Below, in pieces: positions 1 through 11,990 of a DNA stretch of 64,000 nucleotides. Source of the stretch: Dicyema japonicum. Taxonomy: Eukaryota > Animalia > Dicyemida. The notes under the pieces were generated by a model. It did not search any database. It saw only the letters and a list, made by a program, of their open reading frames with translations, and was not told the origin of the DNA. Position numbers and translations under genes: made by a program. The DNA is taken from NCBI GenBank assembly GCA_011109175.1, contig RDEW01000036.1:251583-315582 (forward strand), written 5' to 3'. Every line of letters starts with the position of its first letter. Position 1 is the stretch's first letter.

Positions 1-807
1 AGGCCTATCTCCGTTACCAGTACACTGTCAAAAATTATGAAGAAACTTGTATTATCAGTCATTATTCAGTACCTTCCACGTCCTATATTTCAACATGGTT
101 TCCTCCGCGGTAAGTCCACCGCTACATACTTGGCTACCCTATCGCAGTTCATTGCCGACAAGTTTAACACCCATCCCCCGCCTGACAAACGCACAATCTT
201 GGTTTCTATTGACATCAACAAAGCCTTCGACACTGTTTGAGGAAAATCCTGGTTGGAAAAATATTTTCTACTAATATTCGTCCGAATGTAAAATTATGGC
301 TGGCCAACTTTTTGTCTGAAAGTCGTGGAAGAGTAGTCAGTGGTGATCTCAGATCTAGATCACGATTACTACCGAACGGGGTACCCCAGAGGTCTCCAAT
401 TTCACCAATTCTATTCAACTTATTCCTACACGACCTACCTAATGATGGAGACAAAGATTCCCTTCTATTATCCTACGCAGACGATTAAGACTCAGGCAAA
501 ATTGAACATTTTCCACGATTGGATTGTTGGCAATCGACTTACGATTTCTGCTACCAAGTCTATTTGTACCATTTTCACTTCAGACCGTTGTTCTAAGGAT
601 GAACTAAGTATCTTTATTGGTCCCATTCGGATTCCAGTGACAAGGTCCCCCACTGTCCTTGGAGTCAAGTACGACAGTCTACTCAATTTTAACTCCCACG
701 CAAAAGACATGATCACCAAGGGTCTCCAGAAAATTAACGTTTTACGCGCCTTTGTCCGTTTTACGCAAATCTTCGAAATCAGAATAAACATGGAAACCTT
801 TCGATAA
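1..807 (+). mobile_element. Vingi/Ingi-like non-LTR retrotransposon, degenerate RT fragment
   Basis: RT motifs across frameshifted ORFs: RPISVTSTLSK, ILVSIDINKAFDTV, GVPQRSPISPILFNLFLHDLP, LLSYADD, VLGVKYDSLLNF. Confidence 0.85.
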
Positions 808-1781
808 TCCGGGTAGATGGTCTTTAATAGAAATTAAAGGACAAAAAGGAAACAAATACCACAATGAGAATGTCATTAGAATTTAAATATATTATCTGTT
901 GGATAGCTATTTCTGTTTCAATTATGTGATCATAATAACTGGGAGCCTTTTCCCATGAAGCGGTTCTGTTGAGATTCCAGCAAGTGAAGAGGATAATGGT
1001 CCCACGTAAATGAAGGTTGTGTGTTTGAAGGCCAAAAGAAAGGTTACCACGTGGCGATTGAAGTAGCAGATATAGTAATACAATTTTGCTGAAAGTAGTC
1101 TAAGTAGATGGAAAAGACTACTTATAAGAATGCCAAAATAGTGCCCTCGAGGGTTATTAGTAGGCGTCGAATAAACAGGTGAGAGAAATTAAATAATAAT
1201 TTTGTTTAAAGAATCAAGTCTGTTATTGTGCCAATTATAGATAACTTGACGGAACACTAACGAGATTTTAAATTGAGGAGTCTAAAAACAACCCATTAGA
1301 TCATATTGAGAATCCTCCCCAAGATATGAGGAAACATTTACATCATCTATATTTGTAAGTCAAATAAAATTAAATTCTGATGGTTTATATTAATATCAAT
1401 ATTCCACATTAATTCCACAGGTCGACATTAATTCAGGATTAATTAAGTAATCTACTATCTTCCTCATATTCCCAGTCTAGTCGGTAAAATTGTCAAAATA
1501 AATGTCGTCCACGTGGTCACTAACAGGGACTGATCTTCTAGATTTATATTTTGTAAGGTTTCGTTGGCTAATATCCGGGAAGAACTGGATTACATAATGA
1601 GTAGGGAAAGTAAATAAAGTCAATTTCAATTCAGAGTTAGACTTTATTTTAAAAATAATGATTAATTTAAAAAAATGTCAAAAAAAGGTTTCTATAAAAA
1701 GTTTTTAGGTCAACTTTTTAGATTTTTAGGTCAATTTTTAAATACAAATTTAAATATAATTATATCATAATTTTAAGCGTA

Positions 1782-4294
1782 CGGTTCTACAGAAATATTA
1801 GTGGAGATAATAAGAAGGGAGTGCTGAATTTCGATGAAGGGGAATGTCTACCTTTTGGACAACCATTTGGAATGAGAGTGATCGAAAGGAGAGCAAATTC
1901 TTGTTGAACAAGAGAGTGACTGGATCTGAAAATTCTTATGCCGATTTACAAAGGAAGCGATCGTCGATACTATCAAGATGCTTCCAAATTGGAAAGCGTC
2001 TGGGTGCGACGGAGTTTATAACTTCTTTATCAAAAGTTTTACTTCGATTCATGAACATCTTTGCGAGGAGATTCAGAAGATCGTAAAAGATGAATATACG
2101 CCTGGTGATTGGTTCTACACGGGGATAACACATCTTATACCAAAAGTGGACGTATGTAATTCACCCAAGGAGTTAAGACCAATTACTTGTATGCTTAATC
2201 TCTATAAACTATTGACAAAGTGTGTGAACAAGAAATTATCTGAATATATTGAATCGTACGATCTCTTAAGTGATAATCAATTGGGAACTCGGAGGATGTG
2301 TCAAGGAGCCAAAGAACAAGCTTTGGTGAACCAATATTTAAATCAAAGAAATGGAAGTAACTTATGTTCTACCTGGATCGATGTTAAAAAAGCATTTGAT
2401 TCCGTTGACCACGAGTTTTTGGGCGAAGTGCTCCAGAATTCTGGCCTGCCTTTCTGGATTGTGAGTTTTATCACGAAACTTGTTGGGAAATGGAAGATAC
2501 GACTGAATTTGGAAGGAAAAGTGTTGGGGGAGATTAGAATAAGAAGAGGAATTCTACAGGGGGACTCTCTTTCGCCACAGATCTTTGCTTTGTTAATGGA
2601 CCCCCTTAGCCGAATATTGAATGGAAAATTTCCTAAAGTAACTATGGGAAGCCCGGGAAATGGAGAGCCAACATATGCCACTAATCACCTTCTGTTTATG
2701 GACGATATAAAGTTGTTTTCTCACAAAAGTGATTCAATGGTTATGATGATGGAAGAAGTTGATTCGTTTTTTGATGCAGCCGGGTTGGAGAGGAACTTTG
2801 ACAAATCTGCAACAAATGTCAAGTCCTTGTCTGGGAAAGCTCGTTTCCTTGATGGATTGGATGGATACCGATATTTGGGAGTTCTTGAAGATAAGAACAG
2901 CAATGTTCTTAAAGGAGAAATTATGAATAAAATCTATGGAGAAGTATCTAAGCGGATCAAAAATTTGACGAAGACGGATTTAAACTCAGTGAACCTGTTT
3001 AAAGCTATGAATGAGTATGCAATCTCCCTTTACAACTATTACATTGGATTGATTGATATCGAACCTGGAGAGTTTGAACAGATTGATAAAAATATTCGCA
3101 GAATTCTTATGGACAGTCATATCCACTTGCAACCGGCAAACAAAGAAAGACTTTATCTACCAAGAAATAAATTTGGAAGAGGCCTCGAGTAGTCAGTAAC
3201 AAAGCAGAAAGAATGCTCCTCCAATTTTATAGTGATTTGGAACATAAGGCAAATTACTGCCTAAGAAGAGCGGGAATTCTACGGGTCATTAATTCAAAGA
3301 AAATACACATGGCCACTATCGTAAATTCATCTCAAGAAAGTACAACATTGAAAATGTGAAGGATTTGACAATGTTGAAATTGATGGAAATACAACATGAA
3401 TATCTACTGGGAAAAATTGAAGAGAAATCGCTGCACTCTATTCTATTTGAGTGTCTGAAAGATACCGAAGTGAATATTGCTGAATCCTCAGGGTGGTTAG
3501 TTCATGGAAATCATTCTCCTGTAACCGAAGGAAGGCTGTGTCTGCTTCAGGATCGTAACATGTTTTTTGATAATGGAGAAGCCAAGTGCAAACATTGTAA
3601 CTCAGGAAAGAAGACCGTTGATCACCTTGCAACTAGATGTGGGAGAATGCTGAATAGCTCGTATCTCAGGCGGCATAACGAGGTGGTCAGATGTATTCAC
3701 TTACACCTCTGCCGTCAATATGGAATAAGAAAAACTAAGAAACTGAAGACCCACTCAGTCCAATCTGTTGTCTCAAATGAATTTGTGGAGATTCGTGTAG
3801 ACACAACGATTAGTACAGATACGGCTGTACAGAATAACAAACCCGATATTTTCGTTCATGATAAGGTGCGTAATACGATTACTCTCGTTGAAATTGGGAT
3901 CACGTCCCAAAACTGCCTCAAGCAAGTCGAGGTGGAAAAGTTCCATAAGTATGACTTACTGGCGAACGAACTCGGATGTATTCATCGCGCAAAGGTAAAA
4001 ATAATCCCTGTAGTCATTACCTGGGATGGGATTGTTTCGAGATTCTTCAAGGGCCATCTGGATGCCCTCAAACTGGAGGAAAGGGTGAAAGCGTACATCC
4101 AAACGTTAGTATTGAGAAAGACGTTGGAGAGCATGCAAGCTGAAGATAGACATGGAGTATCGATACCTGATGAGGAGGAAGCTGATAAGGAATGTCGACC
4201 TAGGGGAGTCTCGGAATGTGGGTTGTGCGACAACGAAAACACACCTATACTGACAATTGACGTTGGCCCCAAGAAGAGGAGATTAGCTAATTAA
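1782..4294 (+). mobile_element. R4/Dong-like REL non-LTR retrotransposon, 5'-truncated (RT, zinc knuckle, PD-(D/E)xK endonuclease)
   Basis: ORF 1978-3192 has RT motifs (WIDVKKAFDSV, RGILQGDSLSP, HLLFMDDIKLF). ORF 3356-4294 has CKHC..HLATRC, RRHNEVV and KPDIFVHD..LVEIGIT. About three indels separate the frames. Confidence 0.9.
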
Positions 4295-4415
4295 TTAATT
4301 ACTTGTGACTCGTTGTTTCGTTAAAATATTTGTTTAGTCTATTTTAAGCAATAAAGTTAAAATAATTGACACTTCTGTCTTATTGTAACAAATCTTAACT
4401 AAATTATACAGTACT

Positions 4416-5015
4416 ATGCCTAAAAATAAGCCTTCCAATTTTAAAAAAGCTAAAAATATTTGTGCCAAATATCCCAAAGAGTTTTTCAATTACACCGAAT
4501 GAAATGCTTTATTGTAAATCATGTGAGTTACCCGTAACTTGCAAGAAACAATTTTTTGTGAACAAACACAGGGAAACACAGAAGCACTCTTCACAAATAA
4601 ATACATCCACAAATAAAAAACAATTGAATATTGTTCCAAATGAATTCTTTTTTTGGAACCGACGTAACGGAAGCATTTGTATCCGCAAACATTCCACTGT
4701 ATAAATTGAGGAATCGAGCAATTATCAACTTATTCGAACGTATTGGGCATCCACTATCTTCAGAGTTTACTTGCCGCAATATAGTAGAAATTTTAGCTCA
4801 ACAAAAGATGTCCAAAATAATTAATTTAATTTCAAATAAGAAAGTTAGTTTGAATGATTTAATTGTTAAGGTTTTTTGATTGTTGACGAAACTGATGTTG
4901 GGATAAACAAATTTGTTAATTGTCTAGTTGGAACGTTGGCAAATCTACAAAGCTCTTACCTAATAGATTGTATAAAAATTGATTTTTCTCCGAATTCGTC
5001 TATCATCAGTAGGGT
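4416..5015 (+). mobile_element. hAT-like (CGGBP-type zinc finger) DDE transposase, 5' fragment with a probable 27-nt intron
   Basis: N-terminal CKSC..HRETQKH finger, then VSANIPLYKL and KK|VFLIVDETD once 4844-4870 (GT..AG) is removed and a 1-nt indel in the T-run is allowed. Confidence 0.7.
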
Positions 5016-5304
5016 GAATGTTTTTTTAACCTAAAAAATTAACTTTATTAACCTAAAAACTAAAAAAATTTAACTTTATAACTAAACAATAAAAACACTA
5101 AAACTTTTTGTTACACATACAAATTACATAATTTTCTAAATTTTCTAGTAGAAAATGTCTGTTGGATCTTAGAAAATTCTTTATTTCAGAAAAACATCGT
5201 TCAACCGAGCACTAAGTTGGCCAACAATTCAGGAGTAATGAATACTCGGCAGGAGATATGTGTGAATTTTTTTTAAGCACTCCCGGGAAATCAAAAATTA
5301 ATTA

Positions 5305-8245
5305 GATTAATTAAGTTCCCCTTGTGCCACGTCCAGTATCCTCCCACACATCCTCTTCCATGTTCCCCTGTTCAGGGCCATTGCTCGTAGTGAGTCAAGA
5401 TCTTCACCATTTTGTAGAGTTTTGTTTATTCGGATTAGGTCATCATTTAGTACTGAAGGTAACGTCACTCTAGGCCTGCCACGGAATGATCCCTTCAGTT
5501 GTGCGAAATAGTTCTCCATTGCAATGTTTGGTGGAGTCAACATATCCATTCGTAAGATGTGACCAAAAGTCTCCACCTAGCCTTGAGAATCTCCTCTGAT
5601 AATGGCCTTAAGCCACATCTTTTGTACAGTTCTGAATTTGATATCTTTTTCGGGAAATGTATTCTCAAGATGTTTCTTAGTTGATTTCTATGAAATTGAT
5701 CCAGATTGTCCATTTCCGTTTCGTAATCCCCCATGTCCCACAGTTGTATGTCAGGACTGGAACCACGAATGTTTTATACAATTTTAGCTTTGTATTAGTA
5801 GTTATGCTCTTCTTAGAACGCCAGATAGTTAAAAATTTTTATATGCAGCAGTGGAAAGGATTTTTCTGTGGGTAACATCTTCTGAGTCTCCAAGTAGTGA
5901 ACCAACTGTTTTATGCCTTCTCCATGATTCATCGTAAGTGCATACAACTCGTACAAGTTTTGTATATTCAGTTTTGTCTTGGTTGACAACTAAGAACCAT
6001 TTAGAAAAGGCATTTGGTAAGTTCTTGAGAACGTGATGAAGAATTTCAACATCTTCGGAAACAAAGTCAAGATCGTCTGCATATATTAACTCGATTATTT
6101 TGTTGTTTCAATAAAAGGCCTGAAATCTCTCAGTGCAGCCTCCAGGTAGATTATGAATAGAACTGGTGACAAAGAGTTCCTTGCGGAATTCCACGTGAAG
6201 TATAAAAGAATTCTGAAGTAGTTTTTCCAAGTTTGGTTGCTAGTTGCGTATTCTGCAGTAGTTTTTGTATAATTTTGACATCATCCGTTGTTAGGAAGCT
6301 TGTGAGTACTTCAAGAAGTTTGCCTCTATGAACCGAGTCAAACGCTCTGGACATGTCTATTCCGAGAATCTATCTTTTTATATTTTTGGCATAGAGCACT
6401 TGACCATCTGTGTGTCCAAATGACATCGGCAGTGGATCTGCCTGACCAAAAACACTTTGTCCTGGTGACAGAAAATACTCCACCTTGTCTTTGATTCTTT
6501 CCAATGTAATAATTGACAAGATTTTTTAGTTAGTAGGATGATTGGTCTTAGGTTGGAAAGGGGCCCTTTGGGTTTTCCCTGTTTTTGCAGTGGAATTAAC
6601 CAACCCTTGCCATTGTCTAACGTAGTGTTTTCTTAAAATATTTTGTTGAGTATATTGGTAATGATTGTTACCAACTTCACTGGGGCATACTTTATAAGTT
6701 CGGCTGGGATATTCTCTGGTCCTGCCGATCTGTCATTTTTCAATTTTTTAATTGCATCCAGTGTTTCTTGTGTGTTTATTGGGATGTCCAAACCATGCTT
6801 TACTTGTGCACCAAATTTATAGCCTATTTCGTTGTCCCAGTTGAGCATATGATAGTAATAAGCAGATATAGTAGCTGCTTTGTCCTTTTCATCGATAATT
6901 ATTCTGCCAAGGATGTCATTGATTATTATAGGGCTTGCACTCGTTTTCTTATTAATTGAATAGCTTTGAACATTTTCACTCCATCTTTATATTTTTCAAT
7001 GTCTTCAATTTGTTTTTCTATTTCTTTAGCCGTTCGGGATTTCTGAGTTTGCTTGATTTTTAATGATGTTCGGTTTCGTTGTTGCCGAAGTTCCTTGGCC
7101 TTTTCTGGAGACCTTGAGTTTTCTATCTTCAATCTCAAGGCTTTTTGGTTTTCTGATAGGACGCAAATATCATGATTGTAAAATTTACGGTGTTTTGTAA
7201 TACTTCCCAACACATCACATGCTGTACCTTTTATCGACTTTGTCCCAAATAATATGAACAGGTTTAGTCGTCGATATCATTAAGTTCAAGATTTAGTTGA
7301 TACGCATATTTCTGTTGAGTTGACTTGTCATGTAATAATTGGATATCATATTGCTCCTGCTTTTTATTGGAAGGTGTTTTCATTTGGTTATGGACTTTGT
7401 ATAGTCCAATGCGGGTAACCACAATTTTATGATCACTATTTGTCTCTAATCCTCCATATGACCTGGAGTCTACGAGGAGATGTTTGTGACCTCGTCTGCA
7501 TAGTATGTAGTCAATTTGATTATATATTTTTATGTAATTTCCTTGCAAATCCTTCCTAGTTCCAGTCCACGTCGTCTTGTGTTTCGCTAAGTGAGGGAAT
7601 GCCGTATTGCACAAAAACAGATCCAAGGAAGTGCAAAAGTGGATTAATGCCATTCCGGGCGTGTTTCGCCGATTTCTTCCATGAGATCCGATACAAGTTT
7701 CTCCAGATCTGGATTTTCCTGCTTTGGCATTCCAGTCCCCGGCAATTAAGCAAAAATATGAAGAACTGAGTGTTGTAAACCCTTATGAGGGCGGAGTAGA
7801 ATTCGTCTAGTACTTCTGGATTGGCAGATGCCCTGATTCCAGTCGGGGCGTATATGTTGATGATTGTCACTGTAGAGTTTGGTTTGCTTCCCCACCGGAT
7901 TTGCAGTACCGCAATCCTGTCTGTAACGACCCACATCCGAGATATACGACTATACAACGTGTGATGAATAGCAAATCCAAGTCCATAGTGACGACATGTT
8001 GTTGGAAGGGTAATCAAATGATAATTTCCCGCCCACATGCATGTGTTGTCAGTTATTTTTGTTTCCTGTAGGCAGCATACTGATACCTTATAGTGATCAA
8101 ATCACGTGACAGCTGAAGCTTCTTGTATGTTGGATTGAGTCCTCTTACATTCAGGGTACCCACAGAAAAAGGGCAGTTAGATATTAGACGTGAGAAAGAC
8201 ATATGTGCTATAGAGGGACATCACCACCTCAACCAAAAATGTGTG
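5305..8245 (-). mobile_element. RTE-clade LINE, near full-length, degenerate (APE + RT)
   Basis: APE motifs (VTIINIYAPT, NQIDYILC, TNSDHKIVV), RT motifs (RSAGPENIPAELIK, MSRAFDSVHR, GIPQG), RTE C-terminus (FGHILRM..RGRPRVTLP). 5' motif at 8215-8240 resembles the head of the 60689-63763 copy. Confidence 0.9.
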
Positions 8246-8389
8246 AATTAGTCATTTTAATTATGTTTGAAATATCATTTTTGAAGCCTTTTAATTATGT
8301 ATTCTTTAATAAATTGGTGTCATTTCCAAATTCCAACGATTCTAAACCATTACATTATTATCTAGAAAAAATAATTGTTATATCGCAAA

Positions 8390-8610
8390 ACTCAATGAAT
8401 TTTCATCAAAATGAATTTTGATGGGAATTTACAAAATGCCTTTTTTTGCCTTTTCTCGCATTTTATATTACACAAGCAGAGTCGACAATATAGCGCACCA
8501 TCCTCAAGAATCATAAATTCTTTAGAATAATACTTTACAATGGCCATAGCTTTAATTTGGTACGATTTTGCTATCTTAGGTATGTCAACCAAAAATTTTA
8601 GTAGCAAAAT
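8390..8610 (-). mobile_element. CGGBP-type hAT-like transposase, 5' fragment
   Basis: KYYSKEFMILEDGALYCRLCLCNIKCEK, homologous to the zinc finger at 4462-4600. Confidence 0.55.
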
Positions 8611-9170
8611 ATATTAATAATAGTTAATTTAAAAAATTAATAAATTAAATCAAAAATTATTTTAACTTTATAATTTCAACCTAATAATCTTGTTTAATAT
8701 ACATTTATAATAAAATATAGTTAAAAATCATTTTAATGATTATTTATTGTCGTATAGTATGAGAACCCGGGGCCATCTCGTGTCCGGCTGTTAAGTCAAA
8801 CTTATCAGTCCAAAACATGTGGTTACAGGAGTATTAATGAAACCAAAGGAATCAATATATCCATGATAACCACAAATATTGAACAACTGCACATCATCAA
8901 AAGGATTGAAAACGTAACAAAGGCAAAAGTTCAAAAATTTATTGCTTGCATAACACAGAAACCCTAAAAAATTCATATTTGAATTATGTATAAAAAAAAT
9001 TTGGATAGCTTTTAACTAAGGAGTTATTTATAGTAATAATATATTAATATTAAAAATAAAAAGAGAATTTATGGACAAAAATTACAAGTCAATTTAATTA
9101 GAGTTCAAACATCGTATTATGTCAATAAAATAAACTTTATGAATATATAGAAACAACCGATGCTTTAATT

Positions 9171-9462
9171 TACCCTAACCCATTCTCTTATTCACCCTAA
9201 CTCATTATCTAATTCAAACTAACTCCTAATTACCCTAATCCATTTTCTAATACAACATAACTCATTCTCTAATTTACCCTAACACATCTTTTAATTCACC
9301 TTAATCCATTCTCTAATACATCCAAATCCATTCTCTAATACACCATAATTCATTCTTTTATTTACCCTAACACATTCTCTAATACACCATAATCCACTCT
9401 CTAATATTCCTTAACTCCTTCTCAAATAGACCCTAATCCATTCTTTAATTCACCCTAATTAA
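9171..9462. repeat. Degenerate 22-bp tandem repeat, ~13 copies, consensus taatccattctctaatacaccc
   Basis: Directly visible periodicity. Confidence 0.85.
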
Positions 9463-9466
9463 TCTG

Positions 9467-9650
9467 AAAATCGAAGACCGATGTCAAGGTCTCCCTTTTT
9501 TGTCCCATACTACGTCGAAAATGTTTTTGGACGAAATTAAAAAATTTCGTTTTTTCTTTAAAAATCGGAGACCGATGTCAAGGTATTCCTTTTTTGTCCC
9601 ATACTACGTCGAACATGTTTTTGGACGAAATTACAAAATTTCGTTTTTCC
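9467..9650. repeat. Two-copy 94-bp direct tandem repeat
   Basis: aaaatcg(a/g)agaccgatgtcaaggt... begins at 9467 and again at 9561. Confidence 0.9.
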
Positions 9651-9779
9651 TCCGAAAAGAAGCCGGTAACCATTTGTTTTAGAATGATAAGTAAGACTTA
9701 TCAGCCGGACGTAATACTTTACCCGGACGTAATGCTATACGACATTTATTAACCTATTATTAAAATTTTAACTTTTTTT

Positions 9780-10883
9780 AACTTAGTTCGCCCTAATCAG
9801 CAGTCAAATTATTGATGACACATTTCGGAACATTAATGTTGAAAGAAACAATTTTTCTCTTTTTATTACCGATGCTGCTCCATGTATGGTTTCTGCAGGA
9901 AATACTCTCAATTTATTATGTTCTAGTCCTACGGATCGCTACACGAAATGGAGACCCTCGTGAGCGCTTCTGGTTATTTGAGCGAATCTAGCTCGCTATC
10001 CTGAGAGGGAATAACCAGACAGTCAGGTAAGCCTCTATATAACCGTTACTCTACTTTATTTCTTCAATAAAATTTAAACATTCTAGTCTATCCATATCAC
10101 ATGTTTTGCTCATTTAGTGCATAATTGTGCACTTAAAATAAAAGTATATTATCCCAAAGTCGACAAATTGATTGCTTGTATTAAATCACTTGTTGTAAAG
10201 AACATTTATCAAAGACAATTGTTTAAAGAAATTGGGGTACCCACCAGAACCAATAGTTACGAGATGGGGGAGCTGACTTAAGGCTGATTTTTACTATGCT
10301 ACAAACCTGCCAAATGTTATTCAAATATGCACTTCCTTGGAATGAGATTCTTTGCTCATTAAAAGAGCGAATTCTTTTTATTCATGAAGATCTAAGACGA
10401 AAATATCACAATATTCACCCTTATTACATTGCTTGATGACTTAGAATCGACCAATTTTACTATAAAGCATACAATTATTTAAAAAGATTGGATTTTAAGG
10501 AATACGTTTGTGGAATAAAAAATTATATTAATAAAAGGATGAATTCTAATGACATCACAAAAATAATGAATTTCGATGATCATTCCTTTAGATTATTCTT
10601 TGTTGATTGAATGTCAGGCTACATCGTGCGCAGTGAAACGATCATTTTCGATTCTTAACAAAATTTTATCCAAGGATAGGAATTTTAAAGCGGATAATGT
10701 AAAATAATATTTAATTGCGAATAAACGATTAATAAAATTACTTTAAATTTTCATAAGCGTAGTTTATGAAAATAAAGTTGTAAATAGTATTTTTTAGGTC
10801 AATTTTTAAAATTGTAAGATCAATTAAATTGAATATTTAAGGGCAATTTTTTACTTATTTAAGTCAATTAAAATGTTGCCCTA
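9780..10883 (+). mobile_element. CGGBP-type hAT-like transposase, 3' part, degenerate
   Basis: ITDAAPCMVSAG, HITCFAHLVHNCA, IVTRWGS, SILNKILSKDRNF; possible terminus ttgcccta at 10876-10883. Confidence 0.7.
9929..10080 (+). mobile_element. CRE-like element, extreme 3' fragment inserted in the hAT-like transposase
   Basis: GDPRERFWLFERI*LAILRGN; 8-bp TSD ttctagtc at 9921-9928 and 10081-10088. Confidence 0.8.
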
Positions 10884-10953
10884 GTTATTACTGTTCGTAC
10901 TAGGGCAATATTGTAAGCCTAGGGTTAATGATAAAAATAATAATAACAAGAAT

Positions 10954-11440
10954 CTAGGACTTCCGACATTCAATAATTGAGACTAAGAAGTTTCTTCTGA
11001 CATCGCATGGTTGGTTCTTGAACCATGTCGAATGCTTTGCGTTTAGGTCTCCACAAAGTAACATATTTTTTGATTTGTCGACGTCTGACAGGGAGAAAGA
11101 GAATTCCTTGAGGCATGAGTTAAACGGTAGTACATACACATTCAATATGTTTATGTTTCCGATACTTGTCTTGACTGAAATACCAATATATTCGACGAGA
11201 GACATGAGGTTGACAAAAGTTTCGTTTGCGTACGGTATTTCTTTTTTTATAAGGGTAAGCCGGGCTTACATCGCCGGAAAGCATTAGGTGGGAACCATAA
11301 AGACAAGAGAGAGAGGCCAGTGGGGCAACCGTCCAAGAAGGATATTCCTCTTGGAATGGACGTAGTGCATGGTTCTTTTGTCTAGGATATGTAGTCCACA
11401 GTTTACGTCACCAAAAACGGCAAACCACATGACGAATTTA
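10954..11440 (-). mobile_element. Vingi-like LINE 5' fragment, internally deleted (2A remnant + APE)
   Basis: HLMLSGDV remnant at 11267-11290; INILNVYVLP and LLCGDLNAKH; family 5' motif cgtcatgtgg. Confidence 0.75.
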
Positions 11441-11589
11441 ATAATCTTTCAAATCCAACCAAAGGATTTTCAAAAAATATAAAAATTTGAAGAATTTAAC
11501 CACATTGCGGTGAAGACTACAGTAAATCCTATTTCTTTTACAATTTATTTATTAACCCCGGATACACCGAGAAAGAAGTTAAAGTAAAC

Positions 11590-11885
11590 AACTAATTAAG
11601 TGAATCCAGTTTCCACTTCTACAGAGAGTCCATTCGGAATAGTGGGCTCATAATTCGGAATCAGCATAAAGGGTAAAAGACGTCCATACGTGCAGTTGTG
11701 GAAACCCCTCCAGTGGAGTGGAGGAGAGCAAATGATCCTTTTTTGTGCCGGCCTGGCGCTGGCGCCACCTAGACAGGTGGATCACATAACGCCACTCTAA
11801 TAGGAAAAGAGAGAAGGAACAGACGAACAAAACAGAAACTTCAATCAACTAGCCACGAAGCACCACATGGCGCCACGCGGCTAAG
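11590..11885 (-). mobile_element. Short Vingi-derived element (family 5' motif + family 3' end)
   Basis: Head gtggcgccatgtggt matches other Vingi heads; tail ggattcacttaattag matches gggatcacttaattag at ~30610. Confidence 0.45.
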
Positions 11886-11990
11886 AGTTCTTTACATCAA
11901 ATACAACAAAATTTTAAATTAATTTTTTTTAATTTTCAAATATTATTTATAAAAGAAAATAATATTATTGGTCTAATTAAAGAATATATT

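Larger units (their letters stand above)
8748..9744. mobile_element. Non-autonomous Ginger-like element (TGT...ACA ends)
   Basis: Imperfect ~50-bp TIRs (tgtcgtatag...gtccggctgttaagtc / gacttatcagccggac...ctatacgaca), 5-bp TSD tttat (8743-8747 and 9745-9749), weak integrase zinc-domain remnant at 8810-8970. Confidence 0.6.
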
